Assembly: GCA_947630415.1 (NCBI GenBank)
Contig: CANRHM010000002.1
Location: 1-34,546, forward strand
DNA length: 34,546 nt
Source: an uncultured Bacilli bacterium
GTDB lineage: Bacteria; Bacillota_I; Bacilli_A; RF39; UBA660
Direction of reading: 5' to 3'
The position numbers were made by a program, and so were the translations under genes. The notes beneath the pieces are model-generated. The model did not search any database. It had not been told where the DNA came from and worked only from the letters and a program-made list of their open reading frames with translations. Below, piece by piece: positions 1 through 7,764 of this stretch. Each line of letters begins with the position of its first letter. Position 1 is the first letter of the stretch.

Positions 1-45
1 TTTGCAAGATTTTTATTTATAACTAGGGACTTTTCGTCAGAAATT

Positions 46-54
46 TGGTACAAT
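46..54 (+). promoter_or_regulatory. Candidate extended -10 promoter element upstream of trpS
   Basis: TGgTACAAT at 46-54 (TGn plus a near-consensus -10). AAGGA Shine-Dalgarno at 61-65 and ATG at 75. No convincing -35. Confidence 0.35.
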
Positions 55-74
55 GAATACAAGGACGTGATCAT

Positions 75-1082
75 ATGAAAAAAAATATTCTAACTGGAAT
101 TAGACCGACTGGAAATCTACATTTAGGTCATTATTTTGGAGCCAGTCGTAACTGGATTAAATTACAAGATAATCCGGAATATGATTTTCATTTAGAAATA
201 GCCGATGTACAGGCCTTAACCGATCATTTTGATAATCCTAGTAAAGTACGGGAAAATGTCTATGAATTAGCTATGGACCTACTCTCTATTGGACTTGATC
301 CTAAAAAAGTACATCTCTTTATTCAATCTCAAATTCCAGAAATTGCTGAATTGACCGTTTTCTATTCCAACTTAGTGACGATGGCAAGACTTTATAGAAA
401 CCCTACTGTAAAGACGGAAATCAAACAAAAGAAAGTACTTTTTGGAAATGAAGGAGAAAGTGTTACCTATGGATTTGTAGGTTATCCTGTTAGTCAAGCA
501 GCGGATATTACGGCTTTTAACGGAGAATTAATTCCCGTTGGTGAAGATCAATTACCTTTAATTGAGCAATGTCGTGAAATTGTTCGTAAATTTAATTCTA
601 TCTATGGAGATCTTTTAAAAGAACCTGAACCGCTTCTCTCCTCTACTCCTCGGATTAAAGGATTAGATGGAAATGATAAAATGGGAAAAAGTTTAGGAAA
701 CGCCATCTATTTAAAAGACTCTGAAGAAGAGATTTCTAAAAAAATTATGAACGCCATCACAGATCCTAATAAAATTAAAAAAGATGATCCTGCTAATCCA
801 CAAGTTTGTATGGTTTATTACTATCATCAATTAATTCAAAATCCCAATCTTGAAACCGTATGTGAAGAATGCAAAAAAGGTCATCGTGGATGTGTTCAAT
901 GTAAAAAAGAACTTATTCAAAAGATGAATGAATTCTTAGATCCAATACGAGAAAAAAGAAAATATTATGAAAATCATCATGAGGAAGTAGAAAAGATTTT
1001 AAAAGAAGGCACCGAAAGTGCTAGAGCTACTGCAAAAGAGACAATGAAAAAAGTAAGAGAAGCCATGAAAATCGATTATTAA
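75..1082 (+). CDS. trpS: Tryptophanyl-tRNA synthetase (class I aaRS)
   Basis: 335 aa. HIGH-type motif TGNLHLGHYFG near the N-terminus, KMSKS-type motif KMGKS at aa 202-206, and typical TrpRS length. Extra Cys cluster at aa 245-276. Confidence 0.95.
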   Translation: MKKNILTGIRPTGNLHLGHYFGASRNWIKLQDNPEYDFHLEIADVQALTDHFDNPSKVRENVYELAMDLLSIGLDPKKVHLFIQSQIPEIAELTVFYSNLVTMARLYRNPTVKTEIKQKKVLFGNEGESVTYGFVGYPVSQAADITAFNGELIPVGEDQLPLIEQCREIVRKFNSIYGDLLKEPEPLLSSTPRIKGLDGNDKMGKSLGNAIYLKDSEEEISKKIMNAITDPNKIKKDDPANPQVCMVYYYHQLIQNPNLETVCEECKKGHRGCVQCKKELIQKMNEFLDPIREKRKYYENHHEEVEKILKEGTESARATAKETMKKVREAMKIDY

Positions 1083-1085
1083 AAT

Positions 1086-1119
1086 GAAAAAGCATGTTCT
1101 AAAAAAGAGCATGTTTTTT
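1086..1119. terminator. Bidirectional intrinsic terminator between convergent trpS and the 201-aa gene
   Basis: Stem CATGTTCT (1093-1100) / AGAGCATG (1106-1113), 8 bp with one G-U pair, and a 5-nt A loop. An A-run lies upstream and T6 (1114-1119) downstream. The stop codon of the minus-strand ORF sits in the stem/loop. Confidence 0.6.
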
Positions 1120-1704
1120 ATTGTCTTGTAATAGAATTGCATTCCTTATTAATCGATAGATAATACGAATGCCTGAATAAGTCAAAGTATAGGCATATAA
1201 ATCTTTTAAAACATCTTCTCTTGATGAAAACAAGTCAGACTTTACAATAAGTTTATTTTTTAAACTCAATAATTGAAATAATTTCAAATCATCAAATGTC
1301 AAAACATGAAATCTCTTTCTCACTTCAGAACAATTAAATAATTTGCAAGTTAAATTTTTAGTAGAGCATCCATGACAAGTTTGATATAGACATTTTCTAC
1401 AACAACCATTACATAAATTGGTATTTTTTTGGGTATAGCATTTTCCATTTTTAAAACCACAGATATTTTTATCTCCTATTCTATCATCGATGATTTTACA
1501 AGACTGATCATAAATGTATTGAATTCGTTCTTTCCTATTCTTAATATTTAATGCTTCAACAACATATTCAATATAAGGAATTTGTTTATTATTTTCGATA
1601 GTAAAACAAGTTCTGTGATACCAAAAAGTTTTATAGAACTTCAATTTTTTTAAAAAAGCATTATAATCATGTTCATTATTTATTACGATCGATTTCGTTT
1701 TCAT
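1099..1704 (-). CDS. Cys-rich cytoplasmic protein of unknown function (possible metal or Fe-S binding)
   Basis: 201 aa with an ATG start and no signal peptide or TM segment. Of its 12 Cys, 10 lie at aa 82-125 (ICGFKNGKCYTQKNTNLCNGCCRKCLYQTCHGCSTKNLTCKLFNC). It starts 9 nt after the stop of the 946-aa gene with no obvious SD, which suggests translational coupling. Confidence 0.6.
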   Translation of the reverse strand: MKTKSIVINNEHDYNAFLKKLKFYKTFWYHRTCFTIENNKQIPYIEYVVEALNIKNRKERIQYIYDQSCKIIDDRIGDKNICGFKNGKCYTQKNTNLCNGCCRKCLYQTCHGCSTKNLTCKLFNCSEVRKRFHVLTFDDLKLFQLLSLKNKLIVKSDLFSSREDVLKDLYAYTLTYSGIRIIYRLIRNAILLQDNKKHALF

Positions 1705-1713
1705 GAAAATTCA

Positions 1714-4554
1714 CTATACTCCTCTACAAACCATATAAACCATAAGAATAGCAAGCACACAAACAACTCCTATTATAAGAGAAAAAGTTAAAACACTAGC
1801 AAATCCACCTTTAGGATTATTGTTTGAATTATTTTTCTTTACGAATTGTCCTGTTTTACTAGATTCTGTTTGAATTATTCTATCTTCAGATTTAGATTGC
1901 TTAAAACTAGTTAAAGATTGTTCGATTGCTTGTTTTCGTTCGGGATTGTTAGTTGTTCTTTGTTCCGTCAGCCACGTTACAACACTCACATATTCTTCTT
2001 TTTTATCACAACCTATTTCCATGGCCTTAATAACATCATTTTTGGCACGCATAATACAATCTTGTTGCTTTGCTGATTGAGTTACTTGCATTTTATCGTT
2101 GAGTCCTTTTCCAATGCCTACTACTAATTCTTCAGAATTTAACTGATTTGATAATCTACTTGTAACTTCACTCATTACTTGATGAACAAACTGTGATTCA
2201 ACTGTTAAAGATGTATCTTGTTTTCCTGGAAAGACTAAAGATTTATCTTCCAAATTAGAATTTATCTTTTTAAGAACCTCATAATTTAATTGATTCTTTT
2301 TTCCATCGACATAGTATTTTTCATAGAACTGATTTCGAATAGGAACAACACATTCATTTTCATTATCATAATTTGGTTCTCGTCCATACTTCTTTTTAAA
2401 ATTTTCTATATAACTATAAATATTTTGATCGATGTCTTGTCTTACTCTATTCATCGTTTCTATTACTTTAGGATCTTTAGCATAATATCCTATTAAATTT
2501 GCCGCATCTTTCCATTTTTTATCTAATATGTGAGCATCTTCTTTTAAATGTTTAACATTCCAAATATAAACTTCGAAAGAAGACATAAAAGAAGATAGTT
2601 GAGCCTCTTTAGAATAATCATGAACAACTCTTAATCTTTTCTTATCTTCTAAATAATTTAATAAATCCATCGCCTTAAAAGACACCTGTTGGATAGGTCT
2701 AACACTTTCTTCAGATACCCATTCACCAGTTCTTGCTGCTGTAGTAGGAGCCGTATATTTATGAAATTTATCACTAGGTAGTTTATAAATTGTAATATAT
2801 TTTGAATCTAAAGTATCCTTGATAGAGCCTTCAAAAATCTCTTTAATGGCTCGAACTGGGCGCTCTTTTTTTTCATCCAAATAAACTTCACTACGCGGGA
2901 AAATCAACGAAACACGAAAGGCTGCCATCGTGAAACAGTTGACCGGATTTATTCCAGCATAAACATAAGAACCTTTTTGAGTACTTTCAGTGGGTTGTAA
3001 TTCTTCTATTCCTGGATTTAAGGAAGCATGAAACATGTTTTCTTCACCACGTTCAAAAGCTTCTATCCATTGTTCTAACAATTCATAATTATTGAGTATG
3101 GGAGCACCACTACTTTTTTCTTTATCACGAATAATCGTCTCACAATAATTCTGATAAAAAGAATCACTAAGGAAATATATTTCTTTGGCTTCCGATGTTC
3201 TTAAACGATTGATATCACATGTTCCCATCGGAGCAGGATAATTTAGACGGTTTCGATCCAAGGCATCGGCATCTTTTAATATATCGGACATCAATTGAAT
3301 TTCTTTCTTTTCAGCATCCGAGAAAGTATCATCCGTAAAAGTAATCGTGTCAGAATCTAGAGCATGTTGTTTAATAAGTAAAGAAACTATTCTGATATCT
3401 TTATCAGCCATTTTACCTTTCATCATCTGTTCGAATCTCGTTGCTCCCACTTCTCCATGTTCTTGATTAGATGCTCCTGTTGTTTTGCCAATATCATGAT
3501 AAAGACCTGCAATCATTAATAATGACGTGTTAATAGGTGAAGTTATTCTATTGGCAATCATTTTGCTATAGGTAAGAACTTTTTCTATATGTTTTAAATC
3601 ATGCTGATAATCTAAAGTATCAATATATAACTTCTCTGTAATTGCTCTATCAACTAGTGAACTAATAAGATTTTGATCATCTAAAGTGAGACCATATTTA
3701 GAAAGCATTTCACTTGAAAATAGTTTAAGATAACTTTGTTCTTTCGAAAGTCCTATCTTTCTTAAAAATTCTTCATCTTGTAATTCCTTTTTAATAGAAA
3801 CTATTAACTGTGGATTTATCTTCGAATTCTTTTCAATTAAATTTTTAGTAAAATCAACAATTTGTTCTTTATAAATCGATAGTATTTGTTCATCTTGATC
3901 CGTAAAATTACCACGATGATATTTTTTATTTTTATCAAGTGTATACACTCTATTCATAAACTGAGCAAAATCCATAAACTTATTTTCGGTGAGCCGATTG
4001 AATGATTCTTCAAATGAAGTATCATTTCCTAAATATTGATTAGCCAGTTTATCCTCGCCTATCAATACTTTCATTACCCGCATGATATTTTTTATAAAAT
4101 AAAGATAATCTTCACTTTCACTCAATCGTGTTTGTTCAATGTCTTCAGCAAAAACTTGTGTGCAAGCTTCATTAATTCCTGTATAAATGCTTTCGGAGTC
4201 TATATAAGGATATCCAAAAGTGAATTGCTTTCCATCTCTCGTTTCGGAAAGACCATGTAATATTTCATGTGTAAGTTGAAGGCGAACCAACTCTAAATGA
4301 TCTAATGCAAAAGTTTCATCAGCATAAATTTCAGTTCGATTAGGAAAGGGCCAGCAAACTAAAGAAGAACCTCTTATTTGACGTACAGGAGCATAGTAAA
4401 ATGAAAATTCATCTCTTAGATTTTTCTCTAAATTCATAACAGGAACTCTTTTTCGAAAGTATTCCCAAGCTTTACGTTTCTTTTCATTGATGACATCCAT
4501 TGATTGTATCTTTCTATATCTTACTAGTTCATTGTATTGCTCTTGTATGGTCAT
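1714..4554 (-). CDS. Multidomain tail-anchored protein: zincin-like HExxH region, HD-domain phosphohydrolase, uncharacterised middle domain, C-terminal TM helix
   Basis: 946 aa. HEILH at aa 96-100 (nt 4255-4269). HD signature H322 ... LYHDIGK (aa 351-357) ... LIKQHA ... LKDADALDR. The C-terminus is NNNPKGG, then a ~25-aa hydrophobic stretch, then CRGV. GGAGG SD lies 9 nt upstream of the ATG. No N-terminal signal peptide. Confidence 0.85.
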   Translation of the reverse strand: MTIQEQYNELVRYRKIQSMDVINEKKRKAWEYFRKRVPVMNLEKNLRDEFSFYYAPVRQIRGSSLVCWPFPNRTEIYADETFALDHLELVRLQLTHEILHGLSETRDGKQFTFGYPYIDSESIYTGINEACTQVFAEDIEQTRLSESEDYLYFIKNIMRVMKVLIGEDKLANQYLGNDTSFEESFNRLTENKFMDFAQFMNRVYTLDKNKKYHRGNFTDQDEQILSIYKEQIVDFTKNLIEKNSKINPQLIVSIKKELQDEEFLRKIGLSKEQSYLKLFSSEMLSKYGLTLDDQNLISSLVDRAITEKLYIDTLDYQHDLKHIEKVLTYSKMIANRITSPINTSLLMIAGLYHDIGKTTGASNQEHGEVGATRFEQMMKGKMADKDIRIVSLLIKQHALDSDTITFTDDTFSDAEKKEIQLMSDILKDADALDRNRLNYPAPMGTCDINRLRTSEAKEIYFLSDSFYQNYCETIIRDKEKSSGAPILNNYELLEQWIEAFERGEENMFHASLNPGIEELQPTESTQKGSYVYAGINPVNCFTMAAFRVSLIFPRSEVYLDEKKERPVRAIKEIFEGSIKDTLDSKYITIYKLPSDKFHKYTAPTTAARTGEWVSEESVRPIQQVSFKAMDLLNYLEDKKRLRVVHDYSKEAQLSSFMSSFEVYIWNVKHLKEDAHILDKKWKDAANLIGYYAKDPKVIETMNRVRQDIDQNIYSYIENFKKKYGREPNYDNENECVVPIRNQFYEKYYVDGKKNQLNYEVLKKINSNLEDKSLVFPGKQDTSLTVESQFVHQVMSEVTSRLSNQLNSEELVVGIGKGLNDKMQVTQSAKQQDCIMRAKNDVIKAMEIGCDKKEEYVSVVTWLTEQRTTNNPERKQAIEQSLTSFKQSKSEDRIIQTESSKTGQFVKKNNSNNNPKGGFASVLTFSLIIGVVCVLAILMVYMVCRGV

Positions 4555-4630
4555 AGAGATATCCTCCTTTCTTTTTTATAGTTTTTAAAATGATTTTTTA
4601 GATTAAAACGTCATATTTTCTATACTTTCA

Positions 4631-4659
4631 TTATATAAAATTATCCACAAAAGAACAAG
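4631..4659 (-). promoter_or_regulatory. Candidate sigma-A promoter for the 946-aa gene
   Basis: On the minus strand, TTGTTC (4654-4659), a 17-nt spacer, then TATAAT (4631-4636), about 75 nt upstream of the ATG at 4554. Confidence 0.35.
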
Positions 4660-4728
4660 TAAAGATCCCGTATGTTTACATCGGTATAAATATCCATAAA
4701 AACATTTATAAATAAGATGAAATAAGGG

Positions 4729-4758
4729 CAAAAATAAAACGTCCTTTTTTTGAACGTT
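4729..4758 (-). terminator. Intrinsic terminator after the YjbA-like gene
   Basis: The minus-strand RNA reads AACGUUC-A7-GGACGUU (7-bp stem with one G-U), followed by UUAUUUUUG. The stem begins in the stop codon. Confidence 0.55.
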
Positions 4759-5408
4759 TATATGCCTTTTGTATGAGAAAGTTTTAAAAGTTGATAAAGA
4801 TTTTCATGTTTTCCATTAAAACTTTCAAAACTATCCATTAATCTTTGATACATCAAATCAAAATCTTCTTCCATCTCATTAAAATATTCTTGATAAAGAT
4901 ATTCCATCTTTTCTTTTTCCTTTTTTTGATAAGTAGAAGAGATTTCATTTAATAGATATTTTTTCTTCTCTTCTTCACTTCTCGTATTAAATCCTTTTTC
5001 TAAGACTTTTTTTCCTTTTTTGTAAGTAATCGTATGAAACTCTAGTCGACTTACTAAATCAATGACATCTTCTTCTTCATCTAAAAGCAATCTACTATGG
5101 AAGATCTGTTCTCCTTTTTTGTTAAATTCAGTAGCAATGCATCTTACTCCATCGGATAACACACAAGCATAGGGAAGCACTTCTATCTTTTTGTTGCGAT
5201 ACACTTCAGTTAAATCTTCTATTTTATCAAGAAGTTCTTCGTCTATTTTAATCTTAAAATGTATAAAATCAGATAACGTTTTACTATCTACTTTCAATAA
5301 TGGAATTCGCTTCACATGTTCAATGGTATCTTTTTTATCCCATTCATAAAAGTCATATAATAAATCTAAATCCGTCCAATTTAGTAAAATATCATAAATG
5401 TAAATCAA
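4758..5408 (-). CDS. YjbA / UPF0736 (DUF3603)-like protein
   Basis: 216 aa. The N-terminus MIYIYDILLNW...YDFYEWDKKDTIEHVKRIPLLKV matches the pattern I recall for B. subtilis YjbA (LHDVWVNW...[22 protein letters not shown]). TTG start with a GGGGA SD 8 nt upstream. Confidence 0.7.
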   Translation of the reverse strand: MIYIYDILLNWTDLDLLYDFYEWDKKDTIEHVKRIPLLKVDSKTLSDFIHFKIKIDEELLDKIEDLTEVYRNKKIEVLPYACVLSDGVRCIATEFNKKGEQIFHSRLLLDEEEDVIDLVSRLEFHTITYKKGKKVLEKGFNTRSEEEKKKYLLNEISSTYQKKEKEKMEYLYQEYFNEMEEDFDLMYQRLMDSFESFNGKHENLYQLLKLSHTKGI

Positions 5409-5619
5409 ATCGATTATCCCCTTTCCAAAAAATAGCTAGTGTCATCATAATAAAGCCGATGAGGGCAAATATACATTCGATTCTAGAAAATGTAAAACGA
5501 AAGTATTCGGTCACCGAAAAACCAATGGAAAAGAAGTTTAGATAAATAACCCAATAAGTGGATCCTATAAGTGTAAGTCCAAAGCCTAGAAGAAAGAAAA
5601 AAAGACGCAAGATGATCAC
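5392..5619 (-). CDS. Small hydrophobic membrane protein (hypothetical)
   Basis: 75 aa with two or three predicted TM stretches. GTG start and a weak SD. It overlaps the YjbA-like gene start by 17 nt. An antisense ORF on the + strand is less plausible. Confidence 0.4.
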   Translation of the reverse strand: MIILRLFFFLLGFGLTLIGSTYWVIYLNFFSIGFSVTEYFRFTFSRIECIFALIGFIMMTLAIFWKGDNRFDLHL

Positions 5620-5716
5620 CTATCTCATTTTATTTATCATTTCTTCTTTTTATTATGATTATTTATAGTATTAGATAAAAAAGGATTTTTATTCAAAGAA
5701 AAAACCTTAACGGTTT

Positions 5717-6301
5717 TTACTTTTTCTTAAATAGACCATAGCCTAGTGAATAGACTCCACTTCCAAAGAAAGCGATTAACATATCCGTCATGGTATCATC
5801 GACGCCAGAGGTTTGAACCCATTGTGTATCACTTCCCGAGACTTTATCCATGGTAAATTCCATAAATTCCCAACAAGATGCCACGGCAAGGGAAAAGATA
5901 AGCATAAAGAAGATGGTAAAAGCCTTATGTTTTAATGGATTAATAGGACTTTCTTTTAAGAATAGGTAAGCAATATAACAAGTAAGTGCTCCTGATAAAC
6001 CATGAACAAACAAATCCCACCACGGAATACTACTATACCAATTCTGAACACTTCCTAAAATATGTGCTAAAAGAATAAACACTAAATAAATAAATTCGGT
6101 GGATTCTTTTAAATCGTAACGCAATATCTTTCGCACTAAAAACGGAACTAAAATAACTAAGAAAACAGCGGCTACAGTAAATAGGCGTTCAAAATCGTTT
6201 TGATAAAACATTAAGATAATTTTGTATAAAGCAAAAAGAGCAAACGCAATTTTAATAATGTTATTCCAAATTTTTAGAGATTTCATTTTCTTCACCTTCA
6301 T
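5717..6301 (-). CDS. Polytopic membrane protein (possibly YjdF/DUF2238-like)
   Basis: 194 aa with about 5 hydrophobic segments and the motif WWDLFVHGLSG. GGAG SD lies 6 nt upstream of the ATG at 6301. It overlaps the rmuC 3' end by 41 nt. Confidence 0.7.
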   Translation of the reverse strand: MKVKKMKSLKIWNNIIKIAFALFALYKIILMFYQNDFERLFTVAAVFLVILVPFLVRKILRYDLKESTEFIYLVFILLAHILGSVQNWYSSIPWWDLFVHGLSGALTCYIAYLFLKESPINPLKHKAFTIFFMLIFSLAVASCWEFMEFTMDKVSGSDTQWVQTSGVDDTMTDMLIAFFGSGVYSLGYGLFKKK

Positions 6302-7367
6302 TTAATTTCTCCATTTGTACTCCACTAATTAAATCAAACTTTTTAGTAATTTTTTCGGTCGTAATATTGACGTTTTCCACATCTCTATTAACGGCTTGAA
6401 TGCTTTTAGCAAGATGCGTCCAACGTTCCTTATAACGAGCAAATTCTTGACCTAGTTTATTTAATTCATCATGAATAATCGAAGTATATTTATCTCGCTC
6501 CATATTTTTAATAATCATTTGAATCACCGTCAAAGTAGAGATTAGTGTGGTAGGAGATGTAATCCATACTTTTTTCTTATAAGCATAATCCACAATATCT
6601 TGATGGTAGGCATTAATCTCTGCAAAGATAGCTTCAGCTGGTAAGAATAAAATCGCTTGATCAGTCGTAACACTTGGAATAATATATTTGCTACTAATCG
6701 CATCAATATGTTTTTTGACATCGATTTTAAATTGTTTTTCAAATAGTTCACGGTCACGACTTGAAATCGTTTTATCCACCATTCGTTGATAACTTTCTAA
6801 TGGAAACTTTGAATCAATACAAATCGTTCCCAAAGGTTCAGGAGCATAAAGAATCGCATCCGCAATGGTATCGTTCGGCAAAGAGGCTTGCAATTTGTAA
6901 ATAGACTCGTTATTCTCGCCAAAGACATTTACTAGAATGTGTTTTAAATTGACTTCACCAAAGATTCCTCTACTCTTTTTATCGGTTAAGATGCTTTGCA
7001 AAGAAACAATATCTCCAGAAAGTGTTTCAATTTTCTTTTGTGCTTCATCAATCTTACTTAATCGTTCTAAAACCGAAGCAAAAGTTTTATTGGTCTTTTC
7101 AAAGTTTTGATCCAAGCGTTCGTTTACTCGATTATTAATTTTATCAAGACGATTTTCGATCTTTTCATTTAACTGAGTAAAGTCACCATTAAGTTCTCTA
7201 CTTAAACTAGACTTAAATTCACCCATTTCCTTGGTCATACTTACTTCTAATTTACCAAGACGTTCCACCATACTATTATTATCGTTTTTCTTGGTTAATG
7301 TTATACCTATAACCACCAACAATAAAATAACCAGTGTTACTAATAAACCAATTATAATATAATCCAT
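6261..7367 (-). CDS. rmuC: DNA recombination protein RmuC
   Basis: 368 aa. N-terminal TM helix, a long coiled-coil region, and the conserved C-terminal nuclease-like region including VWITSPTTLISTL. Confidence 0.9.
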   Translation of the reverse strand: MDYIIIGLLVTLVILLLVVIGITLTKKNDNNSMVERLGKLEVSMTKEMGEFKSSLSRELNGDFTQLNEKIENRLDKINNRVNERLDQNFEKTNKTFASVLERLSKIDEAQKKIETLSGDIVSLQSILTDKKSRGIFGEVNLKHILVNVFGENNESIYKLQASLPNDTIADAILYAPEPLGTICIDSKFPLESYQRMVDKTISSRDRELFEKQFKIDVKKHIDAISSKYIIPSVTTDQAILFLPAEAIFAEINAYHQDIVDYAYKKKVWITSPTTLISTLTVIQMIIKNMERDKYTSIIHDELNKLGQEFARYKERWTHLAKSIQAVNRDVENVNITTEKITKKFDLISGVQMEKLNEGEENEISKNLE

Positions 7368-7420
7368 AATACCATCATCCTTACTTCTATTTTATCACAA
7401 ACAGCATCCATTCAAAATAG

Positions 7421-7708
7421 TTATTTCAGTTGTTTTTCATACGCATAAAATCCATCTTTAATTTCAATAATATGATATCCTAATTCATTTAGTACTCTTC
7501 CTATTCGTTTCGTTTTATAACCAAATTCACAATAAACATAGTATTTTTCATTTTTATTTAAATAACGTTCAGGATCTTTTACTAACTCTTCCATTGGAAT
7601 ATTAATAGCTCCTGGAATATGACTTTCTTGATATCTTCTTTTAGATCTTATATCGATAGGATGAATATAAGGATACTTTAAAATTTCTTCAATTAATACT
7701 TGTTCCAT
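7421..7708 (-). CDS. Single-domain rhodanese-like sulfurtransferase
   Basis: IDIRSKRRYQESHIPGAINIP plus the active-site loop YVYCEFGYKTKR. The track ORF starts at a GTG (7720). The ATG at 7708 with a GGTGA SD is the more likely start. Confidence 0.85.
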   Translation of the reverse strand: MEQVLIEEILKYPYIHPIDIRSKRRYQESHIPGAINIPMEELVKDPERYLNKNEKYYVYCEFGYKTKRIGRVLNELGYHIIEIKDGFYAYEKQLK

Positions 7709-7730
7709 AGTCTTCACCACTTTATTGTAT

Positions 7731-7764
7731 GAAAATCAAAAAGAAAAGATGAGGGCTACTCATC
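7731..7764 (-). terminator. Intrinsic terminator closing the T4SS block
   Basis: The minus-strand RNA reads GAUGAG-UAGCC-CUCAUC (arms 7748-7753 / 7759-7764). The TAG stop of the coupling-protein gene sits in the loop, followed by UUUUCUUUUUGAUUUU. Confidence 0.55.

Noticed and set aside
1-74. Possible T-box leader or terminator remnant upstream of trpS, as is common for Firmicutes aaRS genes
   Set aside because: Only 74 nt are available. I see no specifier or T-box sequence (AATTAGGGTGGTACCGCG-like) here. A candidate promoter lies only ~20 nt from the SD. I cannot exclude a leader starting upstream of the window.
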